Shown: in pieces, positions 45,289 through 55,194 of the stretch
How positions within the stretch are numbered: the first letter of the stretch is position 1
Layout: each line of letters begins with the position of its first letter
Assembly: GCA_027483445.1 (NCBI GenBank)
Contig: JAIXUS010000028.1
Coordinates: 3,328-67,327 of the forward strand
From: Bacteroidota bacterium
Lineage (GTDB): Bacteria; Bacteroidota; Bacteroidia; M30B66
Direction: 5' to 3'
Length of the DNA stretch: 64,000 nucleotides
The notes under the pieces: generated by a model
What the model was told of the DNA's origin: nothing
Databases searched by the model: none
The model's input: only the letters and a program-made list of their open reading frames with translations
Made by a program: the position numbers and the translations under genes

Positions 45289-46413
45289 TTAGTAATTAAT
45301 CACTTGCTGTTCAACATCTTCGGGCAATTCTCTGTAAGTATACTGCTGGGAGCGCAGTTGGGGTTCGAAGCCTGCTTCGCGGATGGCTTGCTGTATGCCG
45401 GCTGAGGTAAATCGGTGTGGTGCCCCGGCTGCTGAAACCACGTTTTCTTCAATCATAATCGAGCCGAAGTCGTTGGCCCCAGCATGGAGACAAAGTTGGG
45501 CTGTTTTCTCGCCTACTGTGAGCCATGAGGCTTGTATGTTGATGACATTGGGCAGCATGATGCGGCTCAGGGCAACCATTCGGATATATTCCTCGGAACT
45601 TACCTCATTTCGGATGCCTTTCACCCTACGAAGCAAGGTGCCATCGTCCTGGAAAGGCCAGGGAATAAAGGCGAGGAAGCCTTTGGCGGCATCGGGTTTT
45701 TCGCTTTGCACCTGCCGAATCCGCGCCAAATGTTCGAAGCGTTCGTAGAGGGTTTCGATATGTCCAAACATCATGGTTGCCGAGGTGGTGATGTTTAGTT
45801 GGTGCGCAGCCCGCATAACGTCGAGCCATTCCTGACCAGAGCATTTGCCTTTGGATATCATACGCCGTACACGGTCGTTCAGAATTTCGGCCCCGGCGCC
45901 CGGCAATGAATCAAGTCCGGCGGCGTGCAAGCGGCTCAGCACTTCGGTATGACTAAGCTTACCCAGCTTGGCAATGTGGGCAATTTCGGGCGGCCCGAGG
46001 GCGTGCAGCTTAATATCGGGGAAATGGGTTTTCAGCTCGCGGAAGAGATTTTCGTAAAACTCAATGCCTAAATCGGGGTGATGGCCTCCCTGAAGCAAAA
46101 GCTGGTCGCCTCCATAACGGCGCATCTCGTCGATTTTCTCCCGGTATTGATCGAGTGTGGTAATGTAGGCCTCGGCATGACCCGGAATGCGGTAAAAGTT
46201 GCAAAACTTACAATTGGCAATGCACACGTTGGTCGTGTTCACATTGCGATCAATCATCCATGTTACCTTACCATCGGGTTTTTGGATTTTCCGCAGGGTA
46301 TTTCCAACGTGCATCAGCTGGGGTAAGGAGGCATTTTCAAACAGCCAGATTCCTTCTTCGATACTCAGCCATTCAAAGCGGAGTGCCTTCTCGAGCAAAA
46401 GTTCAGTATTCAT
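45289..46413 (-). CDS. mqnC: Cyclic dehypoxanthinyl futalosine synthase (radical SAM)
   Basis: DRNVNTTNVCIANCKFCNFY, LLQGGHHP, SLPGAGAEIL, TMMFGHIE, NIQASWLT, GANDFGSIMIEENVVSAAG. Confidence 0.9.
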   Translation of the reverse strand: MNTELLLEKALRFEWLSIEEGIWLFENASLPQLMHVGNTLRKIQKPDGKVTWMIDRNVNTTNVCIANCKFCNFYRIPGHAEAYITTLDQYREKIDEMRRYGGDQLLLQGGHHPDLGIEFYENLFRELKTHFPDIKLHALGPPEIAHIAKLGKLSHTEVLSRLHAAGLDSLPGAGAEILNDRVRRMISKGKCSGQEWLDVMRAAHQLNITTSATMMFGHIETLYERFEHLARIRQVQSEKPDAAKGFLAFIPWPFQDDGTLLRRVKGIRNEVSSEEYIRMVALSRIMLPNVINIQASWLTVGEKTAQLCLHAGANDFGSIMIEENVVSAAGAPHRFTSAGIQQAIREAGFEPQLRSQQYTYRELPEDVEQQVINY

Positions 46414-46520
46414 TGTTTCAATAAACAGGGCGCAAGGTAGAAAGTTCGCCGCGAATGAGTACTTCGCAATTCCCACGATTCCGTTTACATTTGCGCCATT
46501 CTATCCCAAAAGAAACACAC

Positions 46521-47954
46521 ATGAAGCCCGAATTAAAGAAAAGCAATAAGCCCGCTAAAGGCCATCGTATATATGTAGTGAAAGAGTTCAAGCAGATTCC
46601 AGAAGAAGCCTTTTCGAAGGAGGAGCTGAACTACGTGAAGGCCCAAATGAAGGCCTCCAAAAAGCAGATTGCCGTTAACCACTTTGGTCACTTCAGCTTT
46701 GTGGTAACTATTGAGGACAAAAAAACGCATGCCCTCAGCATCGAAGCCTGTCGTGTTGCCGGAAACGCGCTACTGGCTACACTCAATGCCCAATCTATCG
46801 AAGAAATTCAGCTTATCGACGCATCCGGCTTGCCCGCCGAAATACTGGCGATGCTCGAAGGCATGGTACTCGGCTCCTATCAGTTTTTGAAATACCGTAC
46901 GAAGAAGGAGAAAGAGACCAATAGCCTGAAGCTTATTTCGGTGCACAGCAAGGTGGTGAGCGACAAAGAGTTGCAGCTGCTTAGTACGGTAGCAGAAGGT
47001 GTTTATCGGAGTCGCGACCTTGTGAATGAGCCCGTTTCTTTCCTCAATGCACCTCAGTATGCTAAGGAGGTGCAGCAACTCGGTAAAGAGGCTGGGTTTA
47101 AGGTAGAGGTATTTAACAAGGCCAAGATTGAGTCGCTGAAAATGGGCGGACTCTTGTCGGTAAATCAGGGTTCTGTTGATCCACCGGTGTTTGTGGTAAT
47201 GGAGCACAAGCCGAAGAACGCGGTGAATAAGCAGCCTTATGTTTTTGTGGGTAAAGGTGTGGTGTACGATACGGGCGGCATCAGCTTAAAGCCGAACGAT
47301 GGTATGATGACCATGAAGTGCGATATGGCCGGGGCGGCAGCTGTTGCGGGTGCCATGTATGCCATTGCCAGGGCGGGTTTGCCTGTTTGGGTGGTTGGAA
47401 TTACACCGTCTACCGATAACCGTCCGCATGGAAACAGCGTAGTGCCGGGTGATGTGATTACCATTTCTGACGGAACCACCGTGGAGGTATTGAATACCGA
47501 CGCTGAAGGTCGTTTGATTTTGAGCGATGCCTTGGTGTATGCGAAAAAATATAAGCCTCGTTTTGTGGTTGATTTGGCTACACTTACCGGTGCTGCTTCG
47601 AGGGCTATCGGGCGTTTTGGGATTGTAGCCATGAGCAATACTGTGGAGGAGTTTGAGCAGCTCAAACATTGTGGCAACACGGTGCATGAGCGGCTGGTAG
47701 AGTTTCCTTTGTGGGATGAATATGCCGATATGCTGAAGAGCGATGTGGCCGACCTAAAAAACATTGGAGGTGTGATTGCCGGAGCCAATACAGCCGGGAA
47801 ATTCCTGGAGCACTTTACCGATTACCCTTGGGTACACCTCGATATTGCAGGGCCTGCTTTTGTAGAATCGCCCGATAGCTATCGCGGAAAAGGCGGAACA
47901 GGTACAGGCGTTCGATTGTTGTTTGAGTTTATCCGCAGCAAGGCAGAATTATGA
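46521..47954 (+). CDS. pepA: M17 leucyl aminopeptidase
   Basis: VGKGVVYDTGG, MKCDMAGAA, NTDAEGRL, DLATLTG, HLDIAG; -7 element TACATTTG at 46486. Confidence 0.95.
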   Translation: MKPELKKSNKPAKGHRIYVVKEFKQIPEEAFSKEELNYVKAQMKASKKQIAVNHFGHFSFVVTIEDKKTHALSIEACRVAGNALLATLNAQSIEEIQLIDASGLPAEILAMLEGMVLGSYQFLKYRTKKEKETNSLKLISVHSKVVSDKELQLLSTVAEGVYRSRDLVNEPVSFLNAPQYAKEVQQLGKEAGFKVEVFNKAKIESLKMGGLLSVNQGSVDPPVFVVMEHKPKNAVNKQPYVFVGKGVVYDTGGISLKPNDGMMTMKCDMAGAAAVAGAMYAIARAGLPVWVVGITPSTDNRPHGNSVVPGDVITISDGTTVEVLNTDAEGRLILSDALVYAKKYKPRFVVDLATLTGAASRAIGRFGIVAMSNTVEEFEQLKHCGNTVHERLVEFPLWDEYADMLKSDVADLKNIGGVIAGANTAGKFLEHFTDYPWVHLDIAGPAFVESPDSYRGKGGTGTGVRLLFEFIRSKAEL

Positions 47955-49024
47955 GCGATTTTCACGACGGACCTATTCGGGTTGGAATTACCCACGGCGA
48001 CTTTAACGGAATTGGATATGAGGTAATTATGAAGACCTTCGCCGATCATGGTATGCTTGAGCTCTGCACTCCAGTGGTGTACGGGCTGCATAAGGCTGCC
48101 AGCTTGTATCGGAAAACACTGGGTATTCAGGACTTTAGCTTCTACGGAATTCCAGAGGCGTCAAAAGCCGTGAAGCACCATTGCAATTTTGTGAATCTCA
48201 CCGATGTAGATGTTGGCATTGAACCGGGGACCAGCACTCCGGCCGCCGGATCATGGGCGGTGAAGGCCTTAAATCGGGCCATGGACGACCTGGAGAGTGG
48301 GCTCATTGATGTACTTGTAACGGCGCCCATCAACAAGCAGAACGTACAATCGCCTGATTTTCAATTCCCCGGACACACAGAATTTCTGGCTTCACGTACC
48401 CAAACCAGCGATTATCTGATGCTCTTGGTGAATGAAGATTTACGCATTGGCACTGTAACAGGGCATATACCAATCACAGCAGTTGCCTCAAAATTGAGCA
48501 CTGATTTAATTATTTCGCGTATCCGCGTGATGGCTAAGTCGTTATTGATGGACTTCGGAATTCGGACACCTAAAATTGCTGTTTTAGGTTTGAATCCGCA
48601 CGCCGGCGACCAGGGGCTGATTGGCAAGGAGGAGGAGCAAATTATCACTCCGGCCATTCGTAAACTGAGTCAGGAAGGGATGTTGGTTTACGGACCTTAC
48701 CCGGCTGATGGCTTCTTTGGAAGCGGTGGCTGGAAGAAATTTGATGGGGTGATGGCCATGTACCACGACCAGGGCTTGATTCCATTTAAGTCGCTGGCTT
48801 TTCACCATGGAGTGAATTTCACCGCGGGGCTTCCAATCATAAGAACATCACCCGACCATGGCACGGGATACGACATATCAGGCAAGAATCTGGCGGATCC
48901 TTCTTCACTGCGCGAGGCTGTCTTTTTGGCTATTGATGTGTTTCGTAATCGAAGGATGTATTTGGAAATCAGCGCTAATCCACTTAAATCTCAGCATAAA
49001 AAAGAGCGGGAAAGAGAGCGTTAA
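47951..49024 (+). CDS. pdxA: 4-hydroxythreonine-4-phosphate dehydrogenase
   Basis: GDFNGIGYE, VTAPINK, GHTE, GLNPHAG, AMYHDQGL, RTSPDHGT. Confidence 0.96.
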   Translation: MSDFHDGPIRVGITHGDFNGIGYEVIMKTFADHGMLELCTPVVYGLHKAASLYRKTLGIQDFSFYGIPEASKAVKHHCNFVNLTDVDVGIEPGTSTPAAGSWAVKALNRAMDDLESGLIDVLVTAPINKQNVQSPDFQFPGHTEFLASRTQTSDYLMLLVNEDLRIGTVTGHIPITAVASKLSTDLIISRIRVMAKSLLMDFGIRTPKIAVLGLNPHAGDQGLIGKEEEQIITPAIRKLSQEGMLVYGPYPADGFFGSGGWKKFDGVMAMYHDQGLIPFKSLAFHHGVNFTAGLPIIRTSPDHGTGYDISGKNLADPSSLREAVFLAIDVFRNRRMYLEISANPLKSQHKKERERER

Positions 49025-49166
49025 AATTCACCCCAAAGGAGTATATCCGACATAATTCATTTTAACGTAAAGTTGCATAGCAGTAGAATAAATTTACTGT
49101 AAGGTATATGCTTGGACTCAGCACGCATCTGTCTGGAAGTGTTTTTCTCAGTGTAACTATTCAAAA

Positions 49167-49262
49167 ATGACGTTAGAAGCAGCTCAAATGTGGAAGTACC
49201 TTGTTCTTGGTGGAATCATCCTAATCCTGCTGTTTGTCATGTTTAAAAAGCGAAAAGCATAG
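49167..49262 (+). CDS. Putative 31-aa single-pass membrane protein (MTLEAAQMWKYLVLGGIILILLFVMFKKRKA)
   Basis: Below the ORF-track cutoff; A-rich start context (TTCAAAAATG), hydrophobic helix then KKRK; followed by hairpin TAGTCTCT/AGAGACTA (49278-49302). Confidence 0.55.
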   Translation: MTLEAAQMWKYLVLGGIILILLFVMFKKRKA

Positions 49263-49386
49263 GTGTACCTCTCTCTTTAGTCTCTGTTCGAGGGAGAGAC
49301 TATACTGCAAGGAAGAACGGGGTTACATGTGAATAAGAAACCCAACATTTACGGTAATTGCCATCAAACCTCTATAGGGCTGTAGA

Positions 49387-49755
49387 TTAAATGGTTAGAT
49401 CCATGGCGTGTTCCATGAGGAGTTCTAGTGGAACAACCTCCAGGGCACGTTGGTGTGTTGATGAAAGCACCAACGGAGGAGCAAAACCAGCCTCTTGCGC
49501 TTGAAGCCATCTGGCGGCGCAGACGCACCATTTATCGCCATCTTTTAATCCCGGAAATTGAAACTCCGGACGGGGCGTGCTTAAGTCGTTACCCACCGAT
49601 TGGGAATAGGACAAAAACGCATCAGTTACTCTGGCACATACAGTATGAGAACCTGTGTCGTATTCTGATGTGTGACAAAAACCATCCCGGTAAAATCCGG
49701 TAAGTGGCTCAAAGCAACAGGCTTCGAGCTTCCCTCCCAACACGTTTAGTTGCAT
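49387..49755 (-). CDS. DUF2237 family protein
   Basis: NVLGGKLEAC, TGFYRDGFC, GSHTVCA, GNDLSTP, GDKWCVCAARW. Confidence 0.92.
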   Translation of the reverse strand: MQLNVLGGKLEACCFEPLTGFYRDGFCHTSEYDTGSHTVCARVTDAFLSYSQSVGNDLSTPRPEFQFPGLKDGDKWCVCAARWLQAQEAGFAPPLVLSSTHQRALEVVPLELLMEHAMDLTI

Positions 49756-49764
49756 ACAGTTATG

Positions 49765-51171
49765 TTAAAACAATGGTTTTTTGCGGTAGTTCCGGAGGAA
49801 GTCCTCTAAATTTTCCACATCAATGCGTTTGGCAATGATGCGTTTATTTCGATCAAGCACATAAATTACTGGTGTTGAATAGATATCATAGTAATCTCTG
49901 AATTTGGATTTCAGCGTTAAATCGGCTGCGTTAATCCAGGTAAGCCCTTTTTCTTTGATGTACTTGAACCATTCTGTTGTGTCGGTTTCGATATACACAC
50001 CCATAACCTCTAAATCGAACTCTTGCTTAAACTTGGTGTAGAATTCCTGCAGCTTTGGAGTAACCTTTTGGCAATGTCCGCAACTAGGATCCCAGAAATA
50101 TAGAATGGTGAAGCTCGATTTTAGGTCGTTTACCGCAATGGGGTGAAAATCAGGCTTCAGCAGCTTCATGTTATACGCCGTTTTGCCAATCAGGCAGGGC
50201 TTCAGATCCTCAACGCGATCTTTGATTTTCGCCCGTTGAGTTGAGTCGATCCAGTATGCTTTGTCGCTCAAATAGTATTCTTCCGACATGCATACAAACA
50301 CAGCATCCATGCCCATAACATTCGATTTTTCGTAGGTGTTGGTAATCCAGTACACCAAATATTTAAAGATATCGCCGTTATGGTCGGTCTTGGCAATGAG
50401 TTCTTTTGAGGCTTTACAAATGGAATCGGGAATTTGAGGAATGAGGCGCTCGATATATTGTTTCACTTTTGAGGCGAAAATTGGTGTTCTGATAAGTCGT
50501 TCGTCTTTCAGATCCATGTTGTCGAAAAAGTGAGCCCTGTAATAGCGGTAAGGAAATGTTGAGTCTTTAGAACCATCAGGTTTCGTGGGCATTTCTGGAA
50601 TTTCAGGCTCTGTTCCGGCTTTAAAAATTTTACTGAGCAGGGCTTGAGGAGCGTTCTTTACAATGTTGGCTTTGTACTCTTTTACCTCATTGTCGATGGC
50701 TGTTTGCTGAGCCTTGATTTGTGCCGTTTTTGCGGCATCTCCTTTAGCCTTATCTAATTCAGCCTTTAAGGATTCCATCTGCCTCCCTCGAACGTTAATC
50801 CACTTCAGGTACTCGTAAAATTGTTCATTGTCTTTAGAACCTTTCACCACCATTTTGTTGATGAGATCAGTAGTGTCGGTTTCTACAGAGAAACGCTGTT
50901 CTTTGTCGATGATAAGTTCGAAATACTTTCGTCCCGGAATCACCAACATATAAATTCCTCCCGGCAGCTCCTCGTCTCCCTTAAATATCACGGTTCCTTT
51001 GCTATCGGCCTTGGCAGAGTCGCGGATATACTGCTTATCTCCATAATAATAGGCCAACTGGCATGTGGCGTCTTTTACCCCATTAACCGTGGCCTTTATT
51101 TCGTGTCCTTTCCCAAACGCCCCGCCAATACTAGCAAAGAGCGCAATAGCAAAACATAAAACTCTCATCAT
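49765..51171 (-). CDS. Periplasmic thioredoxin-like/redoxin protein (DUF4369/DUF5106-like + TlpA)
   Basis: Signal peptide, LAYYYGDK, C-terminal FWDPSCGHC and YDIYSTP. Confidence 0.88.
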   Translation of the reverse strand: MMRVLCFAIALFASIGGAFGKGHEIKATVNGVKDATCQLAYYYGDKQYIRDSAKADSKGTVIFKGDEELPGGIYMLVIPGRKYFELIIDKEQRFSVETDTTDLINKMVVKGSKDNEQFYEYLKWINVRGRQMESLKAELDKAKGDAAKTAQIKAQQTAIDNEVKEYKANIVKNAPQALLSKIFKAGTEPEIPEMPTKPDGSKDSTFPYRYYRAHFFDNMDLKDERLIRTPIFASKVKQYIERLIPQIPDSICKASKELIAKTDHNGDIFKYLVYWITNTYEKSNVMGMDAVFVCMSEEYYLSDKAYWIDSTQRAKIKDRVEDLKPCLIGKTAYNMKLLKPDFHPIAVNDLKSSFTILYFWDPSCGHCQKVTPKLQEFYTKFKQEFDLEVMGVYIETDTTEWFKYIKEKGLTWINAADLTLKSKFRDYYDIYSTPVIYVLDRNKRIIAKRIDVENLEDFLRNYRKKPLF

Positions 51172-51241
51172 ATTCTTTTTTAAAGCGGCGCAATTTGCCA
51201 CAAATATTGTGCTAATTTGTGAAAGTTAAGCGAACATAATC

Positions 51242-51949
51242 ATGTGTGGTAGATATACATTAGCCGGCAAGCCGGTTAACTTGGAAAGTCAGCTTCGGGC
51301 GCAGGTGCGCGATGACGCAAAGCGCTTGGTTGAGCTCCCCAATTACAATGTAGCACCATCGGCCATGGTTCCGGTGCTGTTGAGCGATTCGCCCGATTGG
51401 ATTACAACTGCCCGTTGGGGATTGCACCCATCGTGGTCGCGCAACGATCCAAAACCCCGGCTGTTAATCAACATTCGGGAGGACTCGCTGCGTAACAAGC
51501 CCGTCTTCAAGCGATACATCCATCAGCAGCACTGCCTAATTCCTGCAACAGGCTTTTACGAGTGGCGCACGCGCGGAAAGCAGAAGCAAGCCTTTTTCGT
51601 CCATCTTGTGCAGCAGGACTGGTTTTGTTTTGCAGGTGTTTACGAATATTGCCGCAGAGCGGATGGCCATCTCGAAACAACCGTTTCGTTGATTACGACC
51701 GAGCCCAATGCTTTAATGGAGCCTATCCATGATCGAATGCCGGTAATCATTCCACCCGAAAAATATGACCTCTGGCTCAATAGCAGTGCAGAATGTCATC
51801 CAACCGAACTACTATTGCCCTACCCTACAGCTGAAATGGAGGCCTGGCCAGTATCGTCGAAGGTTAACATACCTTCCAACAATGATCCATCCTTGCTAAA
51901 TAGAGTAGAAATTTCCGACAATAACGCCCAACTCGACCTCTTCTCTTGA
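51242..51949 (+). CDS. SOS response-associated peptidase (SRAP; YedK/HMCES family)
   Basis: N-terminal MCGRY (catalytic Cys2), YNVAP, WGL.P, GFYEW, IHDRMPVI. Confidence 0.95.
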   Translation: MCGRYTLAGKPVNLESQLRAQVRDDAKRLVELPNYNVAPSAMVPVLLSDSPDWITTARWGLHPSWSRNDPKPRLLINIREDSLRNKPVFKRYIHQQHCLIPATGFYEWRTRGKQKQAFFVHLVQQDWFCFAGVYEYCRRADGHLETTVSLITTEPNALMEPIHDRMPVIIPPEKYDLWLNSSAECHPTELLLPYPTAEMEAWPVSSKVNIPSNNDPSLLNRVEISDNNAQLDLFS

Positions 51950-51962
51950 GTATATTGTCGGC

Positions 51963-54758
51963 GTGAATTCTGAATCCTTTTTACGACAAATTGCCCGGTA
52001 TTATCTGGAGCAGAGCAATGAGGGCAAACTCAATATAGCCATTGTTTTTCCCAATCGCCGTGCTGGAATATTTTTCCGCCGTGAGCTTGCGGCAATTCAC
52101 CAAAAGTCTTTGTGGCTGCCTGAAATCTTCTCTGCCGAAGAGTTTGTTCGCACGGTAACGCATACCACGATTATCGATCCGGTGAGTGTGCAGTTTGAGT
52201 TTTACAGAATATATGCGTCGTCGGAGGCTGAAGCTGCTGAGCCTTTCGACACTTTTCTAACCTGGGCTCCTCAGCTCTTGCACGATTACGAAGAAACCGA
52301 CCTTTACCTTGTAGATGCGGATAAGCTGTATGCCTCGGTTGATGCGGCATACGCAATGAAGAACTGGTCGCCCGACGGGAAAGTAATAACAGCAACTCAG
52401 GAGCAGTATATTCACTTTTGGTCGAAGATGGGGGTCTGGTATAAGCAACTGCGCAGTCATCTCCGCGAAGCGGGAAAGTACACTACCGGGATGGCATTTA
52501 GGGCCTTGGCCGAAGGTTCGGCTGCTTATTTAGAGAATTTGGTGTGGGATAAGGTGTTATTTGCGGGGTTCAATGCTTTGAATGGCGCGGAGCAGCAGTA
52601 CATGCGCTTTTTTGAACGTGCGGGAAAGGCAGAAGTTTTATGGGACACAGACCCGTATTATATCGAAGATGACTTGAATGAGGCGGGCTATTTTTTTCGC
52701 AAATACAAGCGAGAATGGCCCTTGCGCGAGTTCAATTTCTCGGAGAGGCTTTTGAATAGAGCTGATCAACACATTCATATTGTGGGCGTTGCCAAAAACA
52801 TGGGGCAAGCTCAATATGCGGGTGCATTGCTAGATCAATTAGCCCAAGAGGATACAAAATTGGAGCAATCTGCAGTGGTATTGTGTGATGAAAAGCTGTT
52901 GATGCCATTAATGGAAATGCTGCCTGATGCTGTTGAGCAGGCCAATATTACCATGGGCTATCCATTGTACCAGCTTCCGGTGGCGGCTTTGTTTTCGATG
53001 CAGTTCGATATTCAACGAAAACTGAAGGTTTCAGGAACGCGGGTAAGCGTGTACTTTAAAGACCTGCAAAAGCTGTTTCGTCAACCCGATATTCGTAAGC
53101 TACTTGGTGAAAAAGCATCAGGATATTTGCTCGAGTATGTGAACCAGGAGCGTTTCATTTATTTGTCGTTCGACACCTTGCTTGAGCGCAGACCAGAACT
53201 TCAAGCGATTCGCTTATTGTTTGAACCCTGGAACGACAATGTGCCCTTTGCTTTGAGCCAATTGCATCAATTGGTAGCTCTTTTGCGCGATTGCTACGGC
53301 GAATCGAATGAGGGTCGAGAAGGGTATGAACTGGAGGCCCTGATGCAGGTTTCGGCGCTATTGAATAAGATTGAACGTTGGGAGCTCACTTACCCGGGTT
53401 ACAACACGATAAAAACTTTACAAAAGGTATTTCAGCAATTGCTTAGACAGTCGACCCTCGACTTTTACGGAGAGCCTTTGGAAGGGCTTCAGATTATGGG
53501 GTTGTTAGAGACCCGAAATCTTGACTTCAATAACCTCATCCTTTTGTCGGTGAATGAAGGAACAATGCCGGCTGCCAGAACTAACCGATCCTTTATTCCA
53601 ACCGACATTGCTTCAGCCTTTGGGCTGCCGACCTATCGCGAAAGAGATGCTATATATGGCTACCATTTTTATCGAATGCTTCAGCGGGCGAATCGTATAT
53701 GGTTGATTTACAATACCGAAACGGACGAGTTTGGAAAAGGCGAACAATCGCGGTTCATCACACAAATCAGTAAGGAATTTGATCAGGCGCAATTGCATTT
53801 TTCTATGGTTGTTCCTGAGCTTCCTCAAATTGGTATGCCCTCCATCAGTGTGCAAAAATCTGAGGCCTTGATTAAGCGGATGGTTGAGCGTTATTCCACT
53901 CAGGGGAAGTATTTGTCGCCTACCGCTTTACAGAGCTATGTTGCGTGCACATTGCAGTTTTACCTTCAGTATTTTAGTGGTGTTAAGGTGAAGGAAGACC
54001 GAGAAGACGATGTAGATGCCTCGGCAATTGGCAACATTTTGCACAGCACCTTAGAAACCTTGTATAAACCATTTGTAGGCAAGTCGTTAAAAGTCAAAGA
54101 CATCAACGAAATGTTGAACAGCTTTTTGCCAGTACTTCGAAACGAATTCTTGAAGCTCATGGAGGAACAGGATATTGAGCATGGCAATAATCTGTTGATT
54201 TTCACCGGAGCGGAGAGCATGTTGCGAAATTTTCTCTTGGTTGAGCGTCAGATTTTGGAGGAGCACAAAGCCAAGTTGGAGATTGTTGGACTAGAAACAG
54301 AGTTGAGCTTTAGCATACCTGTGAAAATTGGTTCTGAAACCTTCGAAATTCAGGTTGGTGGCCGGGCCGATCGAATTGATCGACTAGATGGCCAGCTTCG
54401 CATTCTTGATTACAAAACCGGCAATGTAAAAACGCAGGAGCTCACATTGGAATCTTTAGACGACTTGGTGCAATCGCAGCAAAAGGCAAAAAGTTTACAA
54501 CTGCTGTTTTACCAAATGAGTTATGCAGTTAAACACCATGATGAGGAGGCTTTTCCGGGAATTTTGAGTTTGAGGGCTCCTTCAGCTGGAATTTATGGGA
54601 TTAAGCAAAAGACTCCGTTTGAAATCAATGCATCTACTCTTAAAGACATGTTTACAGCCCTTCTGCAGCGACTGTTTTCGCCTCTCTATTCTTTTGAGCA
54701 AACTGAAGATTTGAATACCTGTAAATATTGTAAGTTCAAAACGATGTGTAACAGGTAA
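51963..54758 (+). CDS. AddB-like PD-(D/E)XK nuclease with an inactive helicase-like N-terminus and Fe-S 'staple' cysteines
   Basis: VFPNRRA, GLQIMGLLETR, LSPTALQSYVAC, GRADRID...ILDYKTG, C-terminal CKYCKFKTMC; GTG start. Confidence 0.9.
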   Translation: MNSESFLRQIARYYLEQSNEGKLNIAIVFPNRRAGIFFRRELAAIHQKSLWLPEIFSAEEFVRTVTHTTIIDPVSVQFEFYRIYASSEAEAAEPFDTFLTWAPQLLHDYEETDLYLVDADKLYASVDAAYAMKNWSPDGKVITATQEQYIHFWSKMGVWYKQLRSHLREAGKYTTGMAFRALAEGSAAYLENLVWDKVLFAGFNALNGAEQQYMRFFERAGKAEVLWDTDPYYIEDDLNEAGYFFRKYKREWPLREFNFSERLLNRADQHIHIVGVAKNMGQAQYAGALLDQLAQEDTKLEQSAVVLCDEKLLMPLMEMLPDAVEQANITMGYPLYQLPVAALFSMQFDIQRKLKVSGTRVSVYFKDLQKLFRQPDIRKLLGEKASGYLLEYVNQERFIYLSFDTLLERRPELQAIRLLFEPWNDNVPFALSQLHQLVALLRDCYGESNEGREGYELEALMQVSALLNKIERWELTYPGYNTIKTLQKVFQQLLRQSTLDFYGEPLEGLQIMGLLETRNLDFNNLILLSVNEGTMPAARTNRSFIPTDIASAFGLPTYRERDAIYGYHFYRMLQRANRIWLIYNTETDEFGKGEQSRFITQISKEFDQAQLHFSMVVPELPQIGMPSISVQKSEALIKRMVERYSTQGKYLSPTALQSYVACTLQFYLQYFSGVKVKEDREDDVDASAIGNILHSTLETLYKPFVGKSLKVKDINEMLNSFLPVLRNEFLKLMEEQDIEHGNNLLIFTGAESMLRNFLLVERQILEEHKAKLEIVGLETELSFSIPVKIGSETFEIQVGGRADRIDRLDGQLRILDYKTGNVKTQELTLESLDDLVQSQQKAKSLQLLFYQMSYAVKHHDEEAFPGILSLRAPSAGIYGIKQKTPFEINASTLKDMFTALLQRLFSPLYSFEQTEDLNTCKYCKFKTMCNR

Positions 54759-55194
54759 GCCTGTTCGGAGCTTACCGAAAAGGCCGTGAAAGTGATCCTT
54801 AAAAGGTACAACTAAAGCCTTGGCAAAAGGCTATTCAAGCACGGTTATAATTGCTGTACATGAAATGATGGAGTTTTTTTTAAGTTCTGATTAACAGAAA
54901 CACTTGGTATTCAGATGAATTGCCAAAATCCAGTCTTCAAATTGTGTAATCCGCAAAGCTGAAGAAGGCGATAACCGTGAATGCCCATTTTCGAAAGGCG
55001 TATATTGTTAACGAGCAGATTCGCTTAGCTGGATTTGATGTCCATGTCTTTTTTTTGGCTAACGAAATACAGAGCTCCATGAATTCAAGTGTGCAAGGCT
55101 TTTCAATAGCTTGACTAAAAACCCTTGTATTAAGCCTCCTTCAAACAGGGGCTAAAGTGCTTAAAATAAACTATTGAGTTTTTTTCAGTAAGCC

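Noticed and set aside
45289-46413. Futalosine-pathway mqnC as a novelty
   Set aside because: The futalosine route is already known in several Bacteroidota lineages; it serves only as a taxonomic and contextual clue
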